The position numbers and the translations under genes are program-made. Shown piece after piece: positions 24,680 to 35,531 of a stretch of 56,617 bases of DNA. Positions within the stretch are counted from its first letter, which is position 1. Each line of letters starts with the position of its first letter. The notes beneath the pieces were generated by a model. That model searched no databases, had not been told where the DNA came from, and saw only the letters and a list, made by a program, of their open reading frames with translations. The stretch comes from Prorocentrum cordatum. Taxonomy: Eukaryota. Location of the stretch: contig CAUYUJ010000082.1 in the NCBI GenBank assembly GCA_963575745.1, positions 62,001 to 118,617 on the forward strand, read 5' to 3'.

Positions 24680-25140
24680 GTCATGTTAAAGCAATATTAT
24701 GATGCAGACTTGGCAAGCGACATTCGCACACATCGGAGCACGAATGTTAGCTATCAAGCCATTTGGGGCCCCTACACGAGAGCTGGACAGTCCATGGGAT
24801 CACAACGCCAAACGTGTGTTTCCCAGAGTACCCTTGAGGCTGAGATTGTCGCAGCCGACCTTGCGTTACGCAAGGAGCTGCTTGCGGCGCTACCGCTTTG
24901 GGAAATACTGCTTGACAGACCAGTGCGATGTCTATTTTTGGAAGATAACCAAGCGGTTTGCAAGGTCATCGAGGCGGGTGGGCCAATGAAGCTCATGCAT
25001 CTCTCGAGAACGCATATAATCGATGCTGCAGCTGTGTCTGAACAATTTTCTCGTGGCCTTGTTGAGCTCCAGTATGAAAGAACTCAAAACGAGGCTGCCG
25101 ATATTGGAACCAAAAGATTTATTGACCCTTTGGCATGGGT
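24680..25140 (+). pseudogene. pol: Copia RNase H
   Basis: YDADLA..RST; VSQSTLEAEIVA; EDNQAV; HLSRTH; AADIGTK. Confidence 0.93.
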
Positions 25141-26017
25141 GAAAGTTCTATATATTGTCAACATTGTTGCGCCTAAATTCTGGGCCACTAAGCGGTGCCA
25201 AGATTATCTGGGCTCGATGTTTTCAGACGGACTTCCCTTGAAACCCGGGGTGATTCTGAAGCCCCGCTTGGGCCCTAGTTCGGCCTTGCGGAGAGGAGCT
25301 GGTTTACCTAGCAAAACGATGAACAAAAATAACAAGCGCCCCAACAAGGGTAAACCTGTCGTGGCCGCTCCCGGCAAAGCCGCGGAGGCATGCGCTCTCA
25401 GTGCAACGAAAACTGCGGATGCATCCGGCTCCGCCGAAGACGCAGGTAATACAACTCCCCTTATGACCAGAGAAGGTTACAGCAGAGGCTCCGAGAAAAC
25501 GAGAGCGATGGATAATATAACCAAGAAAAGTTCTGATCGCGAAATGAAGGCAATGTTTGACATGACGGATAGCGAAAATTAGTCAAATGCCTCCATGGCG
25601 CCCGAAAGCGTGGAATATATTCCCGGTAACAATCATTTTCTTCCTCATCCTCCGCCTGCTGCGGCTGCTAGTTCCTTGGGTCAAAAGGACACGTAGGTGC
25701 AACAAGGACAGAATTTGAAAAGATGGCATTATGTTCCGAGACTTGTTACACTCATGCCTGCAATCGGTGATTGTCCCGTCGACCCCGGAAGATTAGATGA
25801 TAAGCGCCGCGCCTACGCTGTCAACATCCAGCAAGGTTTGACGATTGATCGCATTGACAATTGGCGCGACGAGGAGAGTAGATCTCATCACCCATTTGAA
25901 CATGACTCGAATGGTGATTCCAGCGATGGCGACTATGGCCCGAGTAGATGGACCGGATACACAGAGTTCTGGATCCGAGAAGATGGCGCCCCGGCCACTC
26001 AGTGGACCGGGGAAAGG

Positions 26018-26670
26018 CTTTTGTTAGAATGCTGTTGCGGCCCTCAGAGCAGGATAGGAGACCCAGAGAATTTCGTCGACAACTCATGTAAGGTAATTCG
26101 ATACACAGAGAAGGAAGACATGAGGACGGATGAGGGACTTAGAATAGCATTGAGCGATATTAATACGTTCAAGGGAAAACGCATCACGTTATGGGGTTCA
26201 ATGCCTTGCACGGGAGACTCTCCCTGGCAATGTGTCAATGAAGCGCACTATTTCCGTACTGGAAATCACAGAGCGATGCGTAGGCTTCGAGGTATTAGAA
26301 CTGATTTCAGATACCTGTTTTGGAACTTCCAGGAGATTGCCCGCGCTGTGCACAAAGCGGGGGGTGTTGTTTGCATTGAGTGGCCTACCCAGTTTATTGG
26401 AGGGACCCTCAGGTGAAAAGTTTCATGAGATAACTAGAGTTTGTGAAGACGGCGTTGCATGGATGTGCGTACGGGTCAAAGGATAGCAAGGGCAATTTCA
26501 TGAAAAAACCCTGGACGATAGCCGCTACCTCCTCTGTTGTTGCGGAGGGGCTCGAGCGCAGATGTGATGGCACGCATGAGCATGTGGAGGCTAGTGGGCG
26601 TGAGTGCAAGAGCGCTGAAGATTACACGGATGTTTTTGCTAAGCAGGTCCATGCTGTCATTGCTCGTGCT
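26018..26670 (+). pseudogene. C5-cytosine DNA methyltransferase domain (frameshift plus stop)
   Basis: Motif I-like LLLECCCG (26018), catalytic motif IV LWGSMPCT (PC at 26204-26209), motif VI-like IEWP (26375). After a frameshift: YW..HGCAYG..KKPWTI..HEH..G..KSAEDYT. Confidence 0.8.
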
Positions 26671-28799
26671 GCAGAGAATTTTTTGTCGTCTCGTCGTCGT
26701 CCTATCTCCTCCTCCATTCATGTTTGTGCCGCTGCCGTTTCGTCTCTAGAGCTTGCGCGGGCTGCCCTGCGGCCGGCCCCCCCTGGGATCGAGCGGTTGC
26801 CTTGCGGCGACTGCTCGAGCCTTGCCTGCCGCGCCCCTCGCGCATCTGAGAGAGTATCGACCGAACCCATGTGCCGACCGCTGAGGAACTCAGCGGTCAA
26901 GCCCCCGGGGGAGGAAGTTGTCTCCATCTGCTCAGATGACGTCGCAGATGATATCGACTCCGGCTCAGTCGGAGAAGAAAATCAAGGGAGAGAGATCCGA
27001 GACAATGCCCCTCCCAACGCAATTCGGAAAGCCACCCCACCGGCTCGGCCGAGAGGGGAGGCTGGCCCACCGGCTCAGCCGGGAGGGGCAAAAGACAACG
27101 ATTTCAGCCCGATCGATGTTGTATCAGAGATGGATGTCGAGATGGAGGCTGGCGTTGAGATCCGTGGCGAAGAAATAGCTGCACGCAAAAGGGCGGCAGA
27201 GGCAGCCTTCCGAGGCAGTCGGCACGCAAAGAAAGCGGCCAACTCTAATAATGAGGACACCGACTCCTGCAAGAACAGACCGATCTTCAAATGTTTCCCG
27301 GACAAGTTGAGGGAATGGTCCCGACAGGGACCTACTGGAAATGCCGAATTCGTTCCCACGAAAGGATGGGGTTGGCGCTACACGGTGTGGAGGCATGACA
27401 TACTGTATACGCGGAGCGACGAAGTCGTGGCCGCGTTGAAGGCAGATCTGGAAGCGACGTCACAGACGATATTTCAGCGTTTATATTCCCAAGTTTCACA
27501 AGATCCATGGACGGTTCAGTGGACAATGTTCGGCGGAAGGCTACTTGCCGCTTCGATTGCGCCCCTCCTGACCCGGATAAGATCCCTATTGGAACGTTCT
27601 TTCAGACGTATCCTGACGAAAAGACGAAGTTGGTCAGTGAGGTGTATGCGAACCCCCCTGGGGGATACCGTGGCATAGTTCGACCGCTCGAACCAGGGGA
27701 AATCATAGGTCCTACTGTCGGCTCAGCCGTTCAGTATGAGACCCCCTTTGGAAACTATGTAAGCGTGCCAGTGGTTGATTGCCGGACAGAGGGCTCCCCG
27801 CGTGTCTGGGTTGACATTTGGGCGCCATCTTCTCGAAAGCCTCCCCAGGGCTCAGCCACTGGGGATAGCTGGGGAACGATGTTTGCTCTTCCAGTGGTCA
27901 AGGGTTTATACCAGGCACCTGTGCACGTTGTCGAGGAGGCCCTTGCCGCCACTGCAAAAGCAGCATACTTCGAGGCCTCTCCCCAACAGGCGGTGCGTTG
28001 GCGGAAAAGACAGCGCCCATGGAAAAGACCGCATAATTTCGAAGAGTGGCTTGCCAGGGAGGGCCTTGATCCTGGGGCCGATGAAGACTCGCCGCCGAAA
28101 AAGCCAAGAGCTGCAGCGGAGGCAACGGATGACACTGTTACCGTGGCTAATCAGCAAGCAGTCTCCTGCGGCAATCAGCCCCCATTGAGCAACCCTGGGA
28201 CCGGAAGACAGGTGGCCGGCGAATCATCTTCCGGCCAATCGTCCGGCAATTGGTCAATGGCCCTCCCGGTTTAGCTGGTGGGGGCAATGGTGGTGAACCA
28301 CCCCGCGGCTCAGCCGGTGGAGGTGGGGCACCGCCAACATCTGGCGGACTCCCTTCGGGAAACGATCCACCCTCTCACCCCCCCTCAGGAGGTGGTGGAG
28401 GGGCCGCCCGACTCAGGGCCAGTAGCGGCTGGAGCTGAGTCTGACGATCAGCCATACATTGGGCGTGGTCCCTGGAACGTCCTAGAGTGTCTGCGGACGC
28501 AGGGGATCTTCGGGGAAGATCCCAGACCCCCCTCGAACGATTGGCGGGAGAAGGTGGACGAAATTTTGAGTCTCTATATTGGGGTCACGGATCCGAAAAT
28601 GAAAGACTGGTCGGACAAACTGACCTTCGTTAAGAAGTGTCAGGCCATTTCTAAGATCGCCGAAGTCAGCGGACATTTGTGGATCCCGTTTATAGGGGAG
28701 GGCCTCGCTGCCATGTCGTCCACGGGGAAACCCGCGACGGATTTCTTTCGCCCGCTGAGCCAGATGAGGTGCGGATCGAGACTTGCTTGGACTTGCTCT

Positions 28800-29420
28800 A
28801 TTCACATTGTTTCGGATTCTACAATTGTGTTCAAAGACAGGTCAGGGCCCGCGAAGCCTAGCCTGTGCCCTGAATATAACCTGCGTGAGAAGGTGTTCGG
28901 GAGTATACAGCAAGCCGTGAGTGGAGCACAGATTTCGGACATCCTTAATGCCTCCGCGAATTTTCGGTGGGAACAGAGCGGGTGTTACGAAAAAGGGACC
29001 CACTCCCCAATCCGTTTTACGTTCTGGAACTTCAACGACATTGTTGACAACATCCTAGCTAAACGGAGTTGGGAGTGGGCCCAAACGATACGAGAACCCG
29101 CTCGCTTTCGCCGGAAGCCTCAGGTTCATGATAAGAGATGCTGTTAAGTTGATTGATGCGCGATGCTCCGTTCACCTGAGGGGGCGATCGATATCATGCA
29201 TATTGGTGGGGGCCACACGTGCTGGCAGAACGATGGAGCTGGCGTTGACCCCATGTGGGACGACGTTGCCACACTAGTTCGAGCCAGAATGAAACGTCGG
29301 ATAGAGCACTACAAAGCAATAGGACTGTTTCCTAGACTAATGATTCTCGACGGGGTGAGCCTCTACCGACAGCTTAAGCACCGCCCAGGAGACGTCTTCC
29401 ATTTCGGTGCCAGCCACCCC
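28800..29420 (+). pseudogene. SGNH/GDSL hydrolase-like domain
   Basis: Block I IHIVSDST (Ser at 28818), block II AVSGA, block III FWNFND, block V DVFH (29391-29402), in the canonical order; in-frame stops at ~29145-29157. Confidence 0.6.
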
Positions 29421-30829
29421 GATTACAAACTGTATAGCGGAGGGCGTATTGAAGGCGCAAATGCTGGCCAATTGTGTGCGGATTACATGATCAAAACGGC
29501 TAAGCTAGCCATATCATTTTTCTGTCAGCCTTCCGGCGGCTCAGCCGTTCGGGATGGTCATATATCGTGCGCGACGAGAGATGGCGGATATGCCGAACAG
29601 GAGGCGGAAGTTAAATACCTTATTATGTACTGGCAGGACTGGTCTCCTGCTGAGGGCAATATCCCCACGTCGGTATTCGGCGCGCTCCCATTCAGGGAAC
29701 CTTCGACCAACGTCGATTTTTACAGCCGTTTCAAACGGAACTGGAGGTGGTGCAATACATTCATATTACTCAACGGATTTCAAGAGTTTCCTTGAAAGAG
29801 GGGCCGCGTACAGTGACTTTTTCCCATGGGCGGATGATGCCTACTTTCTGCCTCGCGGAGAAACTTTCTGCCCTGGAATGCCGCCGAAGGGAAAGAGCCA
29901 GAGATCGGTGAATGAGGGCGCGCAAAATGATGAGCCTATGCGTACAGCACTCAACGAGTTCAATAAAGCAGCGCCAACGGCTGCGCCGAGCGGCTTAGCC
30001 GTTGCGGTGAGTGGCGCAACGCCGGGCGGCATAGCTGTCCCCGTTCCCGCCGCGTCGTCGGCTGGTGCTGCTGCCCCAGCCGGAAATGCCAGGCCTGGCG
30101 GCTCAGCCGCTACAGGCTCCGGCTCCAGCGCGCGAACGGCTCAGTCGCCTCGCGCTCCCCCTCTGGCGCCACCGTCTAATGTCAAAGAAATAGAGACGCC
30201 TGGTGAAGCAGCAGAAAAACACATCCGCGAAAAGTGCCCCGAGGGAAAGTTGACCACACTCAGTCAACGTTACAAGTTTCCAAGGCGGCCAAAAGAAGGT
30301 AGCCCAGGATATGAAGAACTCCTCTGGCCGCATTGTCATCCGTATCAGCAGACAAAGAAGCTGTCTTTCCAGAAATCATCGGAGGCAGATGTTACCTATT
30401 ATGATTCTCTTTGTCCACTCACGGTTGCTAGCCGGAACCTCCATCGGGGCATGATGCCCATGAACGCCTATCCGGGCGAAGAAGGCCGCCTTGCTGAAGT
30501 CGCTCAAGGGAAGGAACCAGCTAGAAGCAAGGAAACGAAAATGGTCCTAAAAGCAACTAACAGTGAAGCGTGGCTGGCGTTCCAATTGCTACAGAAGACG
30601 ACGAAAGTTCCGGCTGCGACTCCACGTTGCATTATCCCGAACTGGGCGCGTTTCTTTAGAATCAAGGCCGACGGGTCGATTCCAGGCCCGACAGCCACCG
30701 TGGCTGACCGACTGAATTGGGCCAAATTGAGGACGACTGCCCACAAGGTGGGCAGGGCCCACTGTGTTGAGCTTGCACTGCCATTCTTCGTGACAGCTGA
30801 AAAGATTGCGGAAGTCTCAGACTCATCCG

Positions 30830-31150
30830 CAGGATGGACCAAACAGTCGCGCGGCACGTCTGTGACTGCACTTCACTCGATACTGAAAGGCCATCAGTTG
30901 CTCCCATCAGACCCCAAGTGCGGAGGGAATGTGAAAACGCATGCGGTTGGGGTATATTCCTTCCCGTGTAGCGACAACCCCAACACTCACGCGACATACT
31001 CCGTCGCGGAGGAGACCTTTGGAGATGGTATTTGGGTGACCGCGGAGATTGTTTTCTATGCCAAGAATACGAGACCCATCAGAGGGTCACCGACTCAGTA
31101 TGTGAGTGATCCGATGAGTGACGTATTGTATGAGTTGCGACTTTACTATT
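30830..31150 (+). pseudogene. PARP-like ADP-ribosyltransferase-fold domain within ORF 29554-31518
   Basis: RGTS..ALHSIL..LLPS...GVYSF...ATYS...QYV parallels HGT..SI..GL...GxY...xY...ExV; Arg codon CGC (30850) is one transition from His CAC. Confidence 0.5.
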
Positions 31151-32334
31151 GGTCCGCGGCAGCGTTGTATGTTACCGACGCGTGGTCACATTTGCTGCGT
31201 GTTGCCAAGCTAAACGGGTGGAGTCTGGAGCAGGACTTTGAGGTTGAGAGATATCGAGATGAAGCCCGGACGACGGCAACGGACAAAGTCCGAGAGGCGC
31301 AGATGGCCTGGGTCCCAAATTTGAAACGATTTGACTGGCAAAAGGGACAAAGCCAATATTTGAGGGGCAAAGGGGCAACCGACGATGAAACCTATGATGA
31401 CATTTGGCCTTGGCTCCAAGAGAAAGGAGTCATATTAACCAAGATTCATGCTATTCACAAGAGCGAGGCCTCGGAGAAGTCTTTTAACCTGGTTGAACAG
31501 AACAGACTGGAAACATAAAAGGAGCAGGAGGCGGACAAGATGGAGCCGGCGGCTAAGTCGTCCGGCGCCCCATTTACGATTGAAAGCAATGATTTCCCGA
31601 GCCTCGGACAGACCCTTGCAAATCTAGGGGAGACATGCAAAGCGCCGCCCCCTGGGGCCGCGGCTTGGTCTTCTACTCCTCAGGCTCCTCCTCCTGGAGG
31701 ACCAAGAGAGATTGCCCCCAAAAGGGCTCCGCCGGAGATTCGAACGTCGACGAAGTCGCCTGCCAACAAGCCGAATGTCCCCGTGCAGGGGAATGTTCCG
31801 CAGGCAAGAGATTTTCCCAAGAGAGCCCCGCCTCCGCCGAAGTTCGTGCCGAGATCACAGATATTGGGCCCTCCGCCAGCGAAGATGCTTCGAATTGAAG
31901 GAGATCTCGCTGCGCCCCCGGCTGCGCAGCCACCTGCGAAGCCGGGTGGCAAAGATGCAGCCGGCAGCCAAACTTGGAAGCCAAGTATTCCTGAGCCTCC
32001 GCCCAAGTTGACCAAATTTATCGGAGATAATGTTTCCGACTCTCCGCCCGTCGATCAGAGCCATCAGACAGGTGAGTTTCGATAAAAGTCTGCGCCCAGT
32101 TCGACTGGGCGATGGGGAGATGCATGGCGTGCCGAAGAAAGTGCCACAAGCAATCGGCCTGCAGAAGCGCACCCCCCGAACGACGAGGCACAAGCTGCCC
32201 CTGCTGAAGAGGCAGCTCCCGGTCAAGACGGAGACGGTAATACATCAGGCGAAAACCCCGCGACTCAGTCGGATGGGGATCGTTCATCTGAGGATTCGCC
32301 AATATTAGAAGGAGATGATGATATAACGTTTATT

Positions 32335-35136
32335 TTGAAAGCTCTCAAAGAGGTCTCAAATGAACACTTCTCGCGCCCGAGAGCCAGCAGAGCATTGATA
32401 CATGAGAAACAATTCTTCTACCGCATGAGAGGAGTGCGGTCGAGAGCGCAAGATGTCGACCTGCAGGAGACTCCTGAGTTAAGGAAATTCAGAATCACAG
32501 CGGCCTCGTTTATTCAGGCGGCGAACTGTGTTTATTCAATATACGCGCAGAACGATGGCCACGAACCAGATGCATATTCCACTGTGTGGAATGTTTTTTT
32601 TGATGCTGTTGTGGAGCAAATCAGAAAGGCGGATCCAGATTTTGTTCGCACCCCTGTGGCGTCGGAGAAACCCAGGAGGACTAGACATGCAGAGGCGGGC
32701 GATTCGGGAGCAGGTATGATTAGAGTCCCTACTCCCCCTGCCCCTCCGTCCGGCTCGGCCGCGGCGGACGATCTCCCGACTCCTCCACCTGGTTCGCCCA
32801 GAGCGGAACAGGATGATCAGTTTGATGCACCAGAAGAACCATCAGTGCCTACCACGGTGGAGCCATGGGACGAGGGGGCAACTACTGCCCCCAAGCATCA
32901 GCAAGACGCCCGGATGCCTCGGGCAATCCGGGTATCCCAGGAGCTGACGCAGAAGCTGAGGACATTAGTACAGTCTTTCCATATGAAGGGGATCCCGAGC
33001 TCATTGAATCTATGGAAGACGAGGATTGTTCCCTTGGTCCAGCATTTGAAAACATGTTTCGTAGATAGACTCTCCCGCCAGCTCCTGATAAAAGACAAAG
33101 TCAGCCCCTGCACACGGATCCTAACGACGAGGATCGAGACGTCACAGTGGGGCACGCTGTTTCATTCAAGGGCAAACAATTATGTTACGGCAGAAGAACG
33201 TGGGCAAATCAGTCGGAGGACCCCTGGACCATCGAAACAGATTATCTACGACGCACATATAACTGGACCCGTTCCGCCGCACATCGAAGCCATCCGCAAT
33301 CGGACTGGCAACGCACTTCGGTGCATGACCGAATTTGCGGAAGACCCGATTTTCGCGATGCTGGGGAGCCTCAATCAGGATGATGGCACTGTCGAAAAGG
33401 CGAAGGACTTTCTTAGAGCCGAATTTCATTCCGATGACGTCCCAGAAGGCTTTACCCCAGAAGTCTTTGGGTGTCTTGAGCCGCTGGTAGTTGGGGTCGA
33501 TGACAAAGAGAATCCGGCTGTTTTGGGCAGTTCGGACACTTGGTGCACTCAGAGCTGCCGTGCAGATGTATTCGCCGAGAAAGTAGGCAAGTGCGCTGTG
33601 TACCTCGTAAGGCATTGTTCCGACTATGCGAGATCGTCGGGAGGCTGGGTCTATTTTGGAGACCTAGTGCAGAAAACCAAAGACGACGGTTTTACTTTTC
33701 AATCATACGCCCTTGCTGCGCACGGCTTAGCCGTGTTGTCACCAGAGACAATTGAAGTTTTGGGCATACTCCCCAAGGGTAGTTATAAACTTATTGGGAC
33801 CAGTGTCCATGATATGTGGTCACGATATAAGACGTGCCCATCGCAAGAGGAAGCGAGGAGTGAGGCACCCATACCCATTTTCTATCGAGCATGCCAGGGA
33901 CATTCGACATTCGTTGCTTCCATTGAAAGGGTGTATGTCCCGTATGACCCTGGCCAAGCCAGGGGTCATGTATCTCTTCTTCATATCACGGACTTGCAGA
34001 CATTCCTGGAATCTACGGACGGAGCAGTCCGTTTCCCGAAGAGGGATTCAGGGCTTTGTCGTGACGCAGACAATGAGTTGCTGCGATTGCTTCCAACGAA
34101 CAGGAGCCCTACAATGCCTGATCCCACGCGTATTCCTCCGTGGCTCAGCCAGCGGACATACGGAGAACCTCTCCCTGCAAGAAGCCTACTGCCCATGGGC
34201 AATGTGGCACAGAGAGGAGAACCGCCAACGGTGGGGACTTGGCCCGCAGATGACACCAACCACCTATGGCAACAACTTCCCAATCATCGCGAGTTATGGG
34301 AGCTTGTTCTCGTTTTCACTGGCAGAGTGCTCACTCGCTTCTCGTGCAGGGTTTGTCCAGGCGGGACCATAGTGTCCCGTGAGGTGCCGAGGTTCACTGA
34401 CATTGACAAAGCTGTCTCTCTCGTCAAACAGGAGGACCAGATGCGCCGGTCGGTACTTTTCAATCGCGAGTGGGCTTCATATGAAGTGACTTTCGACAAT
34501 GAGTCGATTATTGCTTGGATCCACGCAGACGAGAGACGACTGTTGTCGTGGAGTCGCCGGCCAGCACTGGAACACGAAATCCAGGACCGGGTTTTAACCG
34601 TCTCCTGGGAAGACGACGGGAGGTCCCTGTGTTTCCGATATCATTGGGTGAGGACAGGTTTTGCAAATTGTCCTGTCTGCAGCTGTCCGATCAAATATAA
34701 ATATAGGGTCACGCATGATTTCGTGACTCAGACATGGAATCATACCACAATCCCGCGGTCTCTTGAGGCGAATGGACTTGTATTAGAGGTGATGAACTCG
34801 TACGACCTTCCTTGGTGGGATCGCACCCAGTATATAAAGGTGCGTGGAGAACGACAACAGAGAGCTTCTGCGCTTGTAATGAAAAACGTCAGCAGCAATC
34901 ATCAGCAGGAGCGAAAATGGGCGAATGGGGACTACGCTAAACTAGTGGCAGCTGGCCAGATATTCGGCAACAGCTTGCCGGGCAATTTCCCGGCTTGGGT
35001 GCCAGAGAAAGCCGTGGCTCAGCCACCGGCGCGCCATGCCCCTTTCTTCCGATATTCAAGGCCTTTGGGTCAGACGGTTCATGTCTTGGCTTGGGTTTTC
35101 CGCCAAAAGGATGAGCAGGCGGACCCCGGCGATTAA
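32335..35136 (+). CDS. 933-codon open segment of the element polyprotein containing a Tpt1/KptA RNA 2'-phosphotransferase-like domain (~33580-34420)
   Basis: YLVRH (33601), GGWVYFGDLV, RACQGHS (33886-33906), LLHIT, SGLCR and GGTIVSREVP match the Tpt1 motif series LRH/DGWV/RAxQGHS/HGT/GL..R/NGVxL. Confidence 0.75.
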   Translation: MKALKEVSNEHFSRPRASRALIHEKQFFYRMRGVRSRAQDVDLQETPELRKFRITAASFIQAANCVYSIYAQNDGHEPDAYSTVWNVFFDAVVEQIRKADPDFVRTPVASEKPRRTRHAEAGDSGAGMIRVPTPPAPPSGSAAADDLPTPPPGSPRAEQDDQFDAPEEPSVPTTVEPWDEGATTAPKHQQDARMPRAIRVSQELTQKLRTLVQSFHMKGIPSSLNLWKTRIVPLVQHLKTCFVDRLSRQLLIKDKVSPCTRILTTRIETSQWGTLFHSRANNYVTAEERGQISRRTPGPSKQIIYDAHITGPVPPHIEAIRNRTGNALRCMTEFAEDPIFAMLGSLNQDDGTVEKAKDFLRAEFHSDDVPEGFTPEVFGCLEPLVVGVDDKENPAVLGSSDTWCTQSCRADVFAEKVGKCAVYLVRHCSDYARSSGGWVYFGDLVQKTKDDGFTFQSYALAAHGLAVLSPETIEVLGILPKGSYKLIGTSVHDMWSRYKTCPSQEEARSEAPIPIFYRACQGHSTFVASIERVYVPYDPGQARGHVSLLHITDLQTFLESTDGAVRFPKRDSGLCRDADNELLRLLPTNRSPTMPDPTRIPPWLSQRTYGEPLPARSLLPMGNVAQRGEPPTVGTWPADDTNHLWQQLPNHRELWELVLVFTGRVLTRFSCRVCPGGTIVSREVPRFTDIDKAVSLVKQEDQMRRSVLFNREWASYEVTFDNESIIAWIHADERRLLSWSRRPALEHEIQDRVLTVSWEDDGRSLCFRYHWVRTGFANCPVCSCPIKYKYRVTHDFVTQTWNHTTIPRSLEANGLVLEVMNSYDLPWWDRTQYIKVRGERQQRASALVMKNVSSNHQQERKWANGDYAKLVAAGQIFGNSLPGNFPAWVPEKAVAQPPARHAPFFRYSRPLGQTVHVLAWVFRQKDEQADPGD

Positions 35137-35531
35137 TACCTGGTGGCCGGAACTATGGAAGACAAACTTTGATCAATACGCTCGCCCAAGAACTTGCCTG
35201 GCTCTGGCCGCCTTTGACTGGCCGAATGAAAGGGACGACTTATTCGTGCCCTTGACAGGCTGGAATAGATGGCATAGCGACATGATTAGGTCAAATGTCT
35301 TTGTTCCGACGCTTCAAACAGTTGATGGCGCGGTAAATTTCGGGAGACCATGGGTGCCCGTACAGAGTGAAAACGTCGTGGGAGACGTAGAAGCAAACGC
35401 CGGAGGGGAACCCCCCCCGCGCGATTGCCGCTCGCCTGGGAGAATATTTCAGAGCGAGGCCAACTCGCAGCTCCCAGTCCGTTTCAAGACGTGCCAATAA
35501 ATGTCGGGACCACCGCCTCATAGTCCCAGTA

